From contig CM075986.1 in assembly GCA_038087875.1 (NCBI GenBank), positions 11,222,001 to 11,286,000 of the forward strand: a stretch of DNA of 64,000 nt, read 5' to 3'. This document shows positions 35,332 to 48,120 of this stretch, in pieces. The notes beneath the pieces are model-generated. The model worked only from the letters and a program-made list of their open reading frames with translations, had not been told where the DNA came from and did not search any database. Position 1 is the first letter of the stretch. Each line of letters starts with the position of its first letter. The stretch comes from Malacoraja senta. Lineage: Eukaryota. A program made the position numbers and the translations under genes.

Positions 35332-37093
35332 CCTCTGGTCCAAGTGAAGAACCATAAACAGAAATCTAAATCTGTAGTTTTAACACAAACAAATTCCATT
35401 TTAAACAATAATAAGTACACAATCATGCCTTGTTAATTAGGGTAATTTCAGAGCACTAGGAGCCAACGCATGCTGGAGAATGACTAAAGCCACTTAGCTG
35501 TACAAATTGTGTTTTATAAATTAGACAGCCTTAAGCAATGTCCATTATATCCAATACTCTTGATGGTGGCAATGAATTACTATCTATCCAATAACAGTTA
35601 GTGTACAGGAAGGGCAGGTTACAATCTGATTTCAGCAAAGCATATCATAAAACCTTTGATGCCCTCATTTATGAATTCAAAGCACAACCTTTCTCAGTGG
35701 AAAAGATTTCCTTGGCTGTACACATGCATCGAAAGTGATTCAATTAAAGTAACCATTTGTACATTTTCATGTCATTTATGAAAGTTGCAATAAAGTCACT
35801 TTATCAAACAATGTAATTGCTTCTTTAGATGACAGTATTTCACCAAAGCGACAAAGATTAGCCTTCAGCAGATTCCAAGTCTTTTCTAAATGACCAGCTT
35901 GGAGCACCGAGGAGAAAATATGTCAGTGTCTGCAGCCTCTGACTAAGGCTGTGTAAATCTTCCACACCACATTGACCAGACAATGGGAGCAGTTCTGATT
36001 AATGGGCCATTACTCTTAATTTAAAAGCTGGGAATGAGATCTATCTATACAGTTACTGATAGGTCTCATAAAAAGGAGACTGTCAGATCCCGATCTCTGG
36101 CAATGCCTCACTAAAGATAACAGGGAAAAACAAAAAATACTGTGCCCTACAACTAGTCCATCCCAGCAACCTGTTCCACTAATTTCGAAGCAACATTCTC
36201 CCCGCCAAAAAAAGCTATACATCAACTGGCCTACTTGCACAATGTGAGCTGCAAGGCAAAGAGATGGTTTGAGAGCACAGATAATGGGATCAAACGAAAC
36301 ACAGTTTACAGCCACCATCAAATAAATCACAGTTGACAGGCTTTCTCATTAAGAGAATTAAGAAAAACAGTAATTTCACTGGACTTCATCCATCATCATG
36401 CCGTAATTTCAAGTGAAAGATAAGGTGCATACTTTCAGCTAAACTTCTCTCAGGGCATTTTCATTAGCAAATGTGAACAATTCCGTCAAACAGCATACAT
36501 ACATGGAAGAGGAAACAGAATGGAAAGGTGGGGGTGGGATGATAAAAGGATGATTACAAGTTACTTATGACTAGTACAAAGATCTTTGTACATAATATAT
36601 CTGAGTCCAATGACCATTAGTGGATCAAAGGAATGCAATCAAAATAGTAAATAAAAAAACAAAAGAAATCTTGAGCATCAAAGGTACTTGGATTTAATTT
36701 AGCAAAGGGAAAATTCAGTCTATTGTCAGGGATTTCACCCCTACATAGTAAGTCACCAATAAATGCAATAAAGCTTATGAATACATTTATTGGCCAAGTA
36801 TTCACATACAAGGAATTTGCCTTGGTGCTCCACCCACAAGTGACAACATGACATACTGTGACAGTTAGGAATAACACATAAAACATTAAACATTAATAAT
36901 AAAATGTTTATTATTATAAAACTTGACAGACTAGCCACTATTACAAACTTGGAATTAAATAGTAAAATATGAAACATACTGTAAGGTTGTTGGAGGAGTG
37001 AGGGGAAATTGAATACTAAGTTTGGATCGATTAAAATGAGCTTCCTGATCAATCATTATTTTGTGCTGGCGAGAGTACTAGATTGGGCACAAT

Positions 37094-37235
37094 CGAAGGT
37101 AGACCTGAAGAAGGGTCTCGACCCGAAACGTCATCCATTCCTTCTCTCCAAAGATGCTGCCTGTCCCGCTGAGTTACTCCAACATTTTGTGTCTACCTTC
37201 GATTTAAACCTGCATCTGCAGTTCCTTCCTACACA
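37094..37235 (+). mobile_element. Short PLE-derived insertion with intact hammerhead core
   Basis: Short inverted 5' piece atcgaaggtagac; TSD tgggcacaat at 37084-93 and 37239-48. Confidence 0.85.
37105..37132 (+). ncRNA. Minimal type-I hammerhead ribozyme motif
   Basis: CUGAAGA-A-GGGUC(UC)GACCC-GAAAC-GUC; predicted cleavage after 37132. Confidence 0.65.
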
Positions 37236-37719
37236 GGATGGGCACAATAGTTTGTAAAGGACTTTTCCCATCACAATGTACATCCAGGTGGTAAAATGCA
37301 CTCTAATGAAGTTACTTTAAACATTATATATTCATATTCAAACAAATGTCTCGCTCTGTAAAGGGCAGGGGGGGGGGGGGGGATAATAATCAGATGAGTT
37401 GACAAGAAACTGTTGCAAAGAAGCAAACAGAGAAATCAACTAGAAATACAGGGAGCAGAAGAGCAAAGGGCAACAAGGACGACAGTCCCACTGGAAAATA
37501 GATAGACTGCAACATGCATGAGTTTTTGCTGCCTTCAGTTTCCTTCACCTATCTTTGTTGCCTACACTCTAATTCACCAAGTTCCATGCAGTCACCGCCC
37601 TTTTTACTCATCGATAGGCGCTGGTTCAAGTCTGATCAATGCGCCGATTGTTAGTTTTTTTCCTTACAATCATAAACATCGCCTCTCCCTTCCCATCACT
37701 GTAGGCTCTTCCAATCTTA

Positions 37720-38348
37720 TGGCACTGTCCCACGGGCAGGCGGTTACTGGCGGTGAAGCGCGGCGTCGCTGGAAGCGGGGACCGTGCGGCTACCGCGTGA
37801 GCGCCGCGCGTATGCCGCGGGAGCGCCGCATGGGTGCCGCGCGGGGGATCTCCGTACGGCCGGTCCCACGAGCTTGCGGTAAGTTAAAAAAAATTAAACC
37901 TTACCGGAAGCTGTTGCCGCGCGTATGCCGGGTGGTCACTGTACGGCCTGTCCCACGGGCCGACTGGAATGGATATCGCGCGGCGTCGGGTGAAGACGTC
38001 ATCGCGCAACGCAAAGCGCTACGTGATGACGTCAATTCGGCTCGCAGCACTGTGGCGGTGCTAGTGGTGCTCACGGCGCACTGGCGGCGGCTGTGGCGGT
38101 GCTCGTGCCGCACTGGCGGCGGCTGTGGCGGTGCTCGTGCCACACTGGCGGCGGCTGTGCGGTAGGACAACATTTTTGAACGTTGTTGACTTTTTGTGAG
38201 CACCGTGCGGTGTTGGGACCAACACAGCACGGTCCCGGCGGTGTGCGTGGGACCGACCCCGCGGGCCATGCGCGGTCTCTGGCGGTCCACGAGCGGTCCC
38301 GACTTCCTGCTTCACCGCCAGTAACCGCATACCCGTGAGACAGGCCTT
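37720..38348. mobile_element. Harbinger MITE, GC-rich, with an internal 32-bp tandem repeat (38079-38163)
   Basis: TIRs tggcactgtcccacggg / cccgtgagacaggcctt; TTA and TAA flanks; internal TIR-like copies at ~37856 and ~37942. Confidence 0.8.
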
Positions 38349-38827
38349 TAACAACTTCCCAATTTTCTGTAAATCTCCATTTCTAGCCTCTTGCAGATAC
38401 TTAATTACAATTGCGATGCCACCAACAGCTGTACTTTCAGCTGCTTGGTCCCCAAGCACTGCAATTTCCTCCCTTAACCTCGTCATCTCCTCTCATTTAG
38501 GAGGCTCATTAAATCCCTCTTCTTTGATCATCTGAACTAATATCTCCTCGTGTGGCTTTGTGTCAATTTTTTAAATTCTAAACACTCCTATGAATCACAT
38601 AGAAATGTTTTAGTCATTTAAAGACACCCTATGTAATAAAATTCGTTAAGTTATGGAAATTAATATGACCACATGGTTCAAGCAGTCCTTCCAAGTTTCA
38701 GGAATCTGGAGAAAAATGGTTACTAAGAGATATATTTTTGCCCAGGGTGAATAAAAAATTCATTCAGTAAATAAAATACATCCAAATAAAAGAGATAAAG
38801 ATACAGAAAGTGGAGGAAAGTAATTTG

Positions 38828-39046
38828 AGAAACTCAGCGGGTGCGGCAGCATCTATGGAGCGAAGGAAATAGGCAACGTTTCGGGCCGAAACCCTTCTTC
38901 AGACTGAAGAAGGGTTTCAGGTCTGAAGAAGGGTTTCGGCCCGAAACGTTGCCTATTTCCTTCGCTCCATAGATGCTGCCGCACCCGCTGAGTTTCTCCA
39001 GCACTTTTGTCTACCTTCGATTTTCCAGCATCTGCAGTTCCTTCTT
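38828..39046 (+). mobile_element. Young PLE-derived fold-back insertion, perfect 78-bp arms, 15-bp TSD
   Basis: Arms 38827-38904 and 38921-38998; TSD gaggaaagtaatttg at 38813-27 and 39047-61. Confidence 0.9.
38919..38954 (+). ncRNA. Minimal hammerhead ribozyme motif (mirror copy on - strand at 38875-38902)
   Basis: AGGU-CUGAAGA-A-GGGU(UUCG)GCCC-GAAAC-GUU-GCCU: stem I 4 bp, stem II with UUCG loop, palindromic stem III AACGUU. Confidence 0.7.
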
Positions 39047-39278
39047 GAGGAAAGTAATTTGTTGAATTGAACCTTTATCAGTCGAAAGTCTAATTGGCTA
39101 CCTATATGGGACAATACCATGGCATGTTCAAAGTAAGGGGAAGAATTGAATCAAAAAGAACAAAATATTTTTTTTAAAGACTAAGTAAATCACAATGAAA
39201 ACAATGTCTTTAAAAAGAAATATTGCACTTGTTAGGAAATGACATTGCTTGAAGCCAAATAAAGTAGTGTACAAGTCA

Positions 39279-39461
39279 AAGATCAACATAAAGTGCTGGA
39301 GTAACTCAGCAGGTCAGGCAGCATCTCTGGAGAAAATGGATGGGTGACGTTTTGGGTCCTGATCCATCCTTTTTGTCCAGAGATACTGCCTGACCTGCTG
39401 AGTTACTCCAGCACCTTGTGTGTATCTTTGTTATAAACCAGGGTCTACAGTTCTTTGTTTC
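39279..39461. mobile_element. Older PLE-derived fold-back insertion, 11-bp TSD
   Basis: TSD tgtacaagtca at 39268-78 and 39462-72. Confidence 0.75.
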
Positions 39462-40317
39462 TGTACAAGTCATTTTGGTAATGCCAATCATGCATTGACT
39501 TCCCTACAGAAGCCAGAAACTAACCCAAGCTAGATCCAATGAAGAAAAAGCAGCTTGCTAAAGGAAAACTGGCAATTGTTCACTGATAAAGTCAAACAAA
39601 TTTATATTCTTAACTTTGAAATGCAAAAAGAACTGGATTTTATATCAGACGTTAATAACTACACAGCTTATCACAGCACAACCAGTTCATACATTTACAA
39701 TAAAAATTAAATTCTTCTTAAGTTTTACTGCACCAGGAAGACAGAATTTAGTTTCACACTGGCGTGGTAACTTCACACAATAGCTGATACTTGTCGCTAT
39801 TATATGAACTGGAAAATCACCCACCGGAATGCTTATAGTAACTGGAGAAGAATTATTTCTTATAACGCCAGGAAGGTTATGCAGTGTAACAGGATTATTC
39901 TGCTGCCTGGGTGGAACAATATTTAAGTAGTCTATTTCCAAGGAGAATAAAATCAAATTCATGCACAAAGGCAATGAATCCCGAGATGTGGCAATACAAG
40001 ATCTTTGCCTATTTCTTTCAAACTGCTTTTTGTTCCATTTTTATATTCATTCACAGTATGTGGGCACCCCAAATTGCTCCTAAGCCACACAGCCATTGCA
40101 CAGGGCAGTGAAGAGACACCTACTCGATGGGTCTGGAACGACACTTTGGACAGTCAGAGTAAGGATGGCTAATGCACCACATGGGCTTTGATGATAATCT
40201 AGTTGTTTTATGTTCACCACTACAATGCTAGCTTTATCATTCCAGAATCACTTAACTCCCAATGACACAAATCATCCAAAACCCCAGTTGTTGCAGTGCG
40301 GATTGGAGCGCATTTCA

Positions 40318-40572
40318 GTTTCTTCCCAGCTGTTATCAGGCAACTGAACCACCCTATCAACAACTAGGGAGCAGTCCTGAGCTTATTGGAGACTCTCGGA
40401 CTATCTTTAATCGGACTTTATCTTGCACGAAACGTTATTCTCTTTATCATGTACACTGTGTATGGATGGCTTAATTGTAATCATGTGTTGTCTATTCACT
40501 GACTAGTTAGCACGCAACAACAGTTTTTCACTGTACCTCGGTACACGTGACAATAATCTAAACTATAACTAA
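40318..40572 (+). mobile_element. Rex-type LINE 3' end
   Basis: SFFPAVIRQLN followed by the tail tttcactgtacctcggtacacgtgacaataa. Confidence 0.7.
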
Positions 40573-42302
40573 TTTCACTATCATTCGACGGCGCCCTAGA
40601 CACTGACCTGGTAACATTACAACCATGCAAACATATAGTAATACAATCAATGCATAAAGTGTCATCTTCAATAATATCCTCAATAAGATACGATAACCAC
40701 ATGTCTGGAGAGAAAGAAATATTCTTTTCTCTAAGAGACAAGGCTGTGTGACAAAGAAACAAGTTCACAGAAATAGGGAATTGTTTAACTTAGACAAACT
40801 TTCAGAACTCCCAAACTTTTAAGTATCACCAGCACCCCAGAGGGAAATGATAATTTAATGACCAAACAAACCATAATTCTCAAAGTATGAAAACAAAAAT
40901 CAGTGTACAATAGATCAAATATCCAAATCCTAATGGACATTACATTGAGGAGAAGTGTGGTCCTAAAAATGAAAGAGAAAGTTGGAAATGATTGAGTCAT
41001 GATCACCATGGATTTGCCTGGATGGATAATTCTATTGTCAGATGTTGTCGAATGTAAGATGGTCACCTACAGCGAGTCCAGGAGAAACATCTTGACCCAG
41101 TAGGTGGTTAGAATGTGAAATTCACTGCTACAAGGCGAGGCCAAGCCAAATACCAAACATATACTGGAGGAAACCCAGAAAAGAAGATAAATGAGAAAGG
41201 AATAGAATATTAAACTGACAGAATTAGATAAAGATGGGTGGGAAGGAATTCAAGTGGAGCATAAACGATGGAATAAGCTAATTGAATTATATAGCCTGTG
41301 GGCACACATTTCTTACACCTTCCCAATCACGCTGTTCCTTTCCCCTCCTCATGCTTATCGCTGAGTATCTCATTTTCTTTCTCTCTCCCCCATCTTTCCT
41401 CTCCCTCCCATCCACTTCCCTCTCTCTGGCTTCACATTTCACCTCTTCTTTCCAAACTCCCTACCTTTTGTCCCCTTTTCAACATTGGCTTGTGTCACTA
41501 TCTCAATGCATCTGCCAAACCTGTATCCATCTATCACATGCCAAGCTTTTTGAAAATTGAAGCAAGTGAATTAATCCAATGTAAACAATCTTTTCTTTTA
41601 AATTTTCCCTGTAAAACTAAACGTTCCTGCAATTATTGGCATCTCTCCTCTTTGCTCTCTCTCAGCCAACTTTTCCCTCTTGATAATATTTGAAAATTGT
41701 TTTCCTGTGAGAACTTACTGCGAACACATCTGAACGGTTTATGCCATATACATTTTATGTCATTTGAGAAATTTATGATCCGTGTTACTGTCTGAGGAAA
41801 AGCATGCATCACGTGATTGCAGAAAATCTATAAACTGAGAGATTCTACCGTGCATAAAACGGCACAACAATGGATTTATGGGCAAAAGTCTCTGTGTTAT
41901 TTATCTTCATCTAGTAATTCAATTCCAAACAGATTTTTCAGAGATTAATGATGATATTCAGATAGCAGAAGGTCATTTTCTAATCCAGATGACCAAATAA
42001 ATGAGTTTTCTTGTGCTTAAAATACTAAACACCTAATTTTTAACACCCAAAACTAAGGGAAAAAATGTTAATTAAAATTAATTTTCATGAGTGTTTTCAT
42101 TACCTTTTATTCTTCCTGCTGTTTCGTTGGTATATTTTTCCTTATAATAAAATCTTCATGTGTTGTTCTTTAATACCCGTCTACCATGAACCTTTAAAAG
42201 AATATATGGATTAAAAAAAACTTTTGGCTCACAAGGTGTACAATACCAGTTACCAAATGTCCTCCTTTTCTATGGCCCATAAATTATTATGAATAGATGA
42301 TA

Positions 42303-42457
42303 GGTAGACAAAAATGCTGGAGAAACAGACTGAAGAAGGGTCTCGACCCGAAACGTCGCCTATTTCCTTCGCTCCATAGATGCTGCCTCACCCGCTGAGT
42401 TTCTCCAGCATTTTTGTCTACCTTCGATTTTCCAGCATCTGCAGTTCCTTCTTAAAC
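42303..42457 (+). mobile_element. Young PLE-derived insertion with intact hammerhead core (42330-42357), 14-bp TSD
   Basis: TSD atgaatagatgata at 42289-302 and 42458-471; 25-nt inverted 5' piece. Confidence 0.9.
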
Positions 42458-42496
42458 ATGAATAGATGATATGTTGCTATAAAGTCGGGGGACACA

Positions 42497-42815
42497 CAAC
42501 AGGAAACAGGCTCTCCAGCCCATCTTGTCACGTTGACCATCCACCACCTATTTAGACTGAGCGTGCATTAATCTCATTAGTTGTTCTCCCCACACTGTCA
42601 GGAACTCTCCTCAGCCTCTACCATTCAAATGGGGCAATTTACCATGGCCAATTAACTGAACAACTTGCTCATCTTTGGTGTATGTGAGAAAACCAGAGCA
42701 CCCAGAGGAAACCCACGCCACTGCAAGAAGGTAGAAACTCCACACAGACAGCACCAGGTCAGGACTGAACCCCTGTCTCTGGCACGGCAAGGCAATTGAT
42801 CTATTGGCTGCACCA
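42497..42815 (-). mobile_element. Old HE1-like SINE
   Basis: Diverged similarity to other copies. Confidence 0.65.
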
Positions 42816-44632
42816 TCAGTATTCTCTAAGGAATGAAGTCCAATGGCCTGGATTTTGGTGTTTTGTCCAGTACTTCCATAAGGAACTGCTAGCATTTATC
42901 CTCATAACGGTCGCCAAACCCATGATCATTCCTTCAAATGCAGAAGCCTCACTCTTCCTGCTGTAACATTGCCATGTAACATGCAATCTGAGCTCTACCA
43001 CGTTGCTCCCCGCAAAGTCAAACAGTAGAGCACGAATCTGCTGGAATTCCCCAGCATTTACACAGGGAACCTGCTCTTGAATCCGGCAAAAGGTAATGCA
43101 TGTCACAGGTTGCACAAGCCCATTCTTAACATTAAGGATTTTGTGGATGCAAGGAAGGAACGAAGGCATCAATTTATTTTGTTTAAATTATGTCTTTACT
43201 GTAATGCAGTTATTTAAAGAGCAAAACTGGAGGCAGGACTTTGTCGCCAAAGTTCTTCTGAAGAGCTACAGAAGTGGGCTTTACTCTTGCTTGTCCACGT
43301 GATCCAATTCTAGTGTTCGAGGCACTGGCCCACTCTGCTCCAAAACGATCTTGGCCAGCAAGGTCATCCTTCCAGATACGAACAAGATTAATGCATACGA
43401 TACATTGATGCATCTCAGCTGTGTGGAGGCTGGGGCCCCACCAAGTCAATCCTGGGCTCTGCTGCAGGATTAAGATTGGATTGATTCTCCCAGGCCAATA
43501 TTTAATTGTTATTAAATAAGGCAAAGTTCAGCTCAACCAAAGTATTCATTCTGCTTTGTTAGAACATTCCTTTACTGGAGTCTGTATTTTAATTCAAGAC
43601 TGCATGTCAGGAGCAACTAGCATGTGAAACAATTCTGCATTTGACACAGAGTATGGCACCTTTAAATCTAGCATCCACACTTCTCTCACATTTGCATGAG
43701 CACTAGCAAGACAATGGTTCCTGTGCGGGCTCTGTAATTTTCAAATACTGCATTTGTGATCCGTTCCGTGTGTTCCTCAGCAGGGATTTGTAGTCATTTG
43801 GAAATCAGCAAACATCAGTATTAGTTAGAAAATTCCCAGTGCAACAATTTTACAGATGTATAAAATATGGCATATTGTTTGATTGTGCTTTACGATGTCC
43901 CTTATCAAAATATAAATGTCCTTGGTAACTAACATACTGGGTTCCTTTACTATGGAAGGTTGCCAATTTCTTGCGTTGTTCAAATAGGCAATCTTTATGT
44001 CTGTATCCAATAATGTAGCATTGGCAGGGATTCAGCAACACAAAACAGGCTCCTTATTCATGAAGACATCATTGCTGGAGTTTAATCAAACTAAGTTTGC
44101 ATGAAATATTCACATGCATACACATTCCAGCAGATAACGATGGAAGTGGGCACCATTGTTATTTTTTTGCTGTTTTCATTTGGAGTTGCTAAATCCAATT
44201 ATTTTATCTCTGTAGTAAACAGCTGAAAGATACCCAGGAACAAAACCGCAGTATGATTTGCCTGACCCTGCTCTGCACCAGGTTTAATGGTTAATGGTTA
44301 TCTATCTGCCACCCGTGACTAAAGTTTCCTTGAACAAGAGTATTTCTGTAGCACTTAAATGGTTCCTTAATTCCATTACAAATGGACCAGTGCACTATGA
44401 CCAGTTTAATTGTTCAGAAGAAGCCAGATTATATTACAAACAAGTGATTAAGTACCACAGGTAATGTATCATTGGAAAATGAACAAACAAATCCTCTTGG
44501 AAACAGATTACATTGACAATTGTGCATTTTTCAACAGCAACAAAGGCAAGCCCTTTACCTTATCCAGCTTCATTACTTCATCTATACCTCCAGATACTCT
44601 GACGCCTCCTCTCTGCTCGAGTCACTAAGAAC

Positions 44633-44932
44633 ACGGTGGCGCAGTAGCACAGCGGTAGAGTTGCTGCCTTATAGCGCCAGAGATGCCAGGTTCGATCCTG
44701 ACTACAGGTGCTGTCTGTACGGAGTTTATATTTCTCTACCCGTGACCTGTGTGGGCTTTCTCCGGGATCTCCGGTTTACTCCCACACTCCCAAGGCGTAC
44801 ATGTTTGAAGGTTAATTGGCTTGATATAATTGTTAATTGTCCCAAGTATGTGTAGAATAGCGTTAGTGCCTGGGGATCGCACGGACTCGGTGAGCCGAAG
44901 GCCCTGTTTCCTCGCTGTATCACTAAACTAAA
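44633..44932 (+). mobile_element. HE1-like SINE
   Basis: Head, core and tail similarity. Confidence 0.85.
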
Positions 44933-45493
44933 CACAATAGAAAATGTTCTCAATGACACGGTGTGCTAACTGAAATACTTTTATTGTGATACTGACTTCC
45001 AAATTAAGTTATGCTTAGGTTTATTTGTTTTACAAAAGTCAGCCAAATAATTGTGATAAAATCTTCAGGGAATTGTATTTTCTTTAATATAAACATCCTG
45101 CCAGAGGCACTCAAATTTATGCTGATCTCACAAAAAATAGAAAGCACAGCTTGAATTTAACAATAACTGGTGAAGACAACCACTCCTTGCTCACAGCAAG
45201 TACTAACATGCTGCACTGTGAGGGAAAAGGACAGAGCACCTTGCCTGAGAGTTACCTGGCAAAATTGTCATCAAATTTAAGTGAAGTAACCGAGGAACAT
45301 CCTCTCCCTTCTCAACTTCAGGCTCAACAGTTTCTGCACCTTCAATTCACAGTCTTCACTTCTTTCAAACTAGCTGAGAGTTATTGCAATTAGCATTTGC
45401 TGTTCTTGTGCATCTTTTCATCGTCTGAATCCCTAATCCCATCCGATTCTGAAAGCTCTCTCTGCATAAATGCTAGTTGCCTATCTCAACGGT

Positions 45494-45965
45494 TCATATG
45501 CTGAGAGAATGGAGCAGCTGGGCTTGTACACTCTGGAGTTTAGAAGGATGAGAGGGTATCTCATTGAAACATATAAGATTGTTAAGGGTTTGGACACGCT
45601 AGAGGCAGGAAACATGTTCCCGATGTTGGGGGAGTCCAGAACCAGGGGCCACAGTTTAAGAATAAGGAGTAAGCCAGTTAGAACGGAGACGAGGAAACAC
45701 TTTTTCTCACAGAGAGTGGTGAGTCTGTGGAATTCTCTGCCTCAGAGGGCAGTGGAGGCAGGTTCTCTGGATGCTTTCAAGAGAGAGCTAGATAGGGCTC
45801 TTAAAAATAGCGGAGTCAGGGGATATGGGGAGAAGGCAGGAACAGGGTACTGATTGGGGATGATCAGCCATGATCACATTGGCTGATCATCCCCAATCAG
45901 TACCCTGTTCCTGGCTCGAAGGGCAGAATGGCCTACTCCTGCACCTATTGTCTATTGTCTATTGT
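45494..45965 (+). mobile_element. Young 5'-truncated CR1-type LINE
   Basis: Open C-terminus SYAERMEQLGLYTLEFRRMRG...NSLPQ...GYGEKAGTGY*; (tattgtc)n tail. Confidence 0.9.
45837..45913. repeat. Perfect hairpin, 34-bp arms and 9-nt loop, at the CR1 ORF2 end and 3' UTR
   Basis: caggaacagggtactgattggggatgatcagcca-tgatcacat-exact reverse complement. Confidence 0.95.
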
Positions 45966-46019
45966 TCCTGTGGTCCACTGCAGCATGGAGGCTTTTACAG
46001 CAGAAATGACCTAGGACAC

Positions 46020-46359
46020 AGGGGAATGAGAGGAATAGATCAGGTAGACACACAGAGTCTCTTGTCCAGAGTAGGGGAATAGAGAACCCGAGAACATAGG
46101 TTTACGGTGAGAGGGGGGGGAGAAATTTAATAAGAACCTGAGGGGTGATTTTTACCCACAAATGGTGGTAGGTGTATGGAATGAGCTGCCAGAGAGGGCA
46201 GTTGAGGTAGTTTAAGAAAGAGTTCGACAGGTACATGGGTAGGACAGGTTTAGAGGGATATGGGCAGCAGGCAGGTGGGACTAGTGTAGATGGGACATGT
46301 TGGCCGGTGCGGGCAAGTTGGGCGGAAGGGCCTGTTTTCACACTGTATGACTCTATGAC
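46020..46359 (+). mobile_element. CR1-type LINE 3' end
   Basis: ...gtatggaatgagctgccaga...ctgtatgactctatga tail. Confidence 0.8.
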
Positions 46360-46793
46360 AAGTGAATTAAACATACATCTGATTGCCTTCCCCATTCACA
46401 AGTAACGCTGCTTAGGGTGGTGGAGTTCCTTCAACCGTAGACACTAAAGGGATAAAATGATATTTGAAGCAACAAAGACATTATGATTCAAAGTCCATGG
46501 GCAATAAGTCAGATAAAGTATTTTCTTATTTGCAATGCCCACAATAGTTAAATAATGTGTCAACATACTAAGAGTTATCCTCCGATTCAGATTTGTTTAT
46601 TGTCATATACATCGTGGTGCAATGAAATTCTTTCTTCACATGAAGCTCACAGAGTAAACAATAAATAAGTACAACAATAAAGGCAATGTAAATGCAAAAC
46701 AGCAGAATGGGGCTAAGATTGTACTGCAATCTGAAGTAGTACAAGGTGCAATAACTGAATACCTGAATGTGGGAGAGTTAAGCTTGAGAGTAA

Positions 46794-46996
46794 TGGGCCA
46801 GTCGCACTGGCGATTTTTTGGGTGACTACAGGCGACTGCTGCAAAATTTTCAACATGTTGAAAATTTTTCGGCAACAGTGGCGACAATTTTGGCTGTCCT
46901 AAGTTGTCGTAGGTGCTGTCGTAGGTTGTCGCCAGGTGTCGTAGGTGAATTCCATTAAAACTAGTTCCTGGCAATCGCCTAAGTGGGACAGGCCCT
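46794..46996. mobile_element. Harbinger MITE (203 bp), TAA TSD
   Basis: TIRs tgggccagtcgcact / agtgggacaggccct; TAA at 46791-93 and 46997-99. Confidence 0.85.
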
Positions 46997-47529
46997 TAAG
47001 CAGCAATACCTCCGGAAAGAGATTGCAAAAAACGGTGATCAGTTCAAGCGTGTGATAGCTGTGGGGAAGAGTTGTTCTTAAGTCCGGGCTTTCAAGCTCT
47101 TGTTTCTTCTCCCAGAAGGTAGAAGAGAGAAAAGGGAAGGGCCAGGGTAGCAAGAACCTTGGTGATACTTCCAGCTTTTTTTTGATACAATGCATTGTGA
47201 AGATTGACTGGATGAATGCCTGTGATAGACAAGCCTGTGATAGACTAGGCTGTGTTCACCACTCTCTGAAGGTTCAGGCGGTCAAGAGCAGAGCAGCTTC
47301 CATATCAGGCTGAGATGCATCCCATCAAAATACTTCATGTAATGCCTCGGTGAAAGTTTAAGAAAATCCTCGCGGGCATGCTGAATCTTCTCAGATGCTT
47401 AAGACCCTTTGGGTCTCAACCCGAAACACCACTCGTTCCTTCTCTCCCGAGATGCTGCCTGTCCCGCTGAGTTACTCCAGCTTTTTGTGTCTATCTTCGG
47501 TTTAAACCAGCATCTGCAGTTCCTTTGGT

Positions 47530-48120
47530 ACAGATGGATCTGGATGTGCCTGGAGGAGCGGGGCGGATGGTTTGTGATGTGGTGCCCTTCTTCTGCTGCT
47601 TTCTCAGTGCGCATTCACTAACTGGTTTTCCCTACTATTCTCCATGCTCCTTTGCCACTTTGAGTGTCCATGGGCTAGATTCCCAGCAGCAAGAAGGGAC
47701 AGTTCCAGGAATTATCGGTGGCTGCTACAGGAACCTAAAGGCCTTCCTCCTGCACCATCCTTTCAGCCATACATTCATCTGCCCAATCCTTCTATTTATA
47801 TACTCACTCTCATGTGGCTCTGGATTACAATCAGTGATCATTGAAGGAGATGATGAATTTCAAGTATTTCATCATCGATGCCTGCTTCTATGTTTTCCAG
47901 AATCTCGATGTGAATCATCATTGTTGTCGGGCAGTAAGATGCAGCAAGGCAGCATGGTTGATGATATTTATCTCGTGAATGCGAAGTGTAAGGTCTATCT
48001 TCTTCTCGGCTTCAGTGAATAAGTTGATGCGGGCTTGGAGCTTGGCTTCAGGTTGTGGCACACGCAAGCATCCCCCACATACTGCATCCGACTGAGTGGT
48101 GGATGATCTTCGTTCTGAAG
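47530..48120 (-). mobile_element. Old RTE-type LINE remnant with a CR1 ORF1 (esterase) fragment at ~47720-47835
   Basis: EAKLQARINLFTEAEKKIDLTL (RT region after the YADD motif); SEYINRRIGQMNVWLKGWCRRKAFRFL. Confidence 0.55.

Noticed and set aside
37518-38486. 215-, 129- and 141-aa ORFs
   Set aside because: They lie largely within a GC-rich, stop-poor MITE with tandem repeats; no domain motifs.
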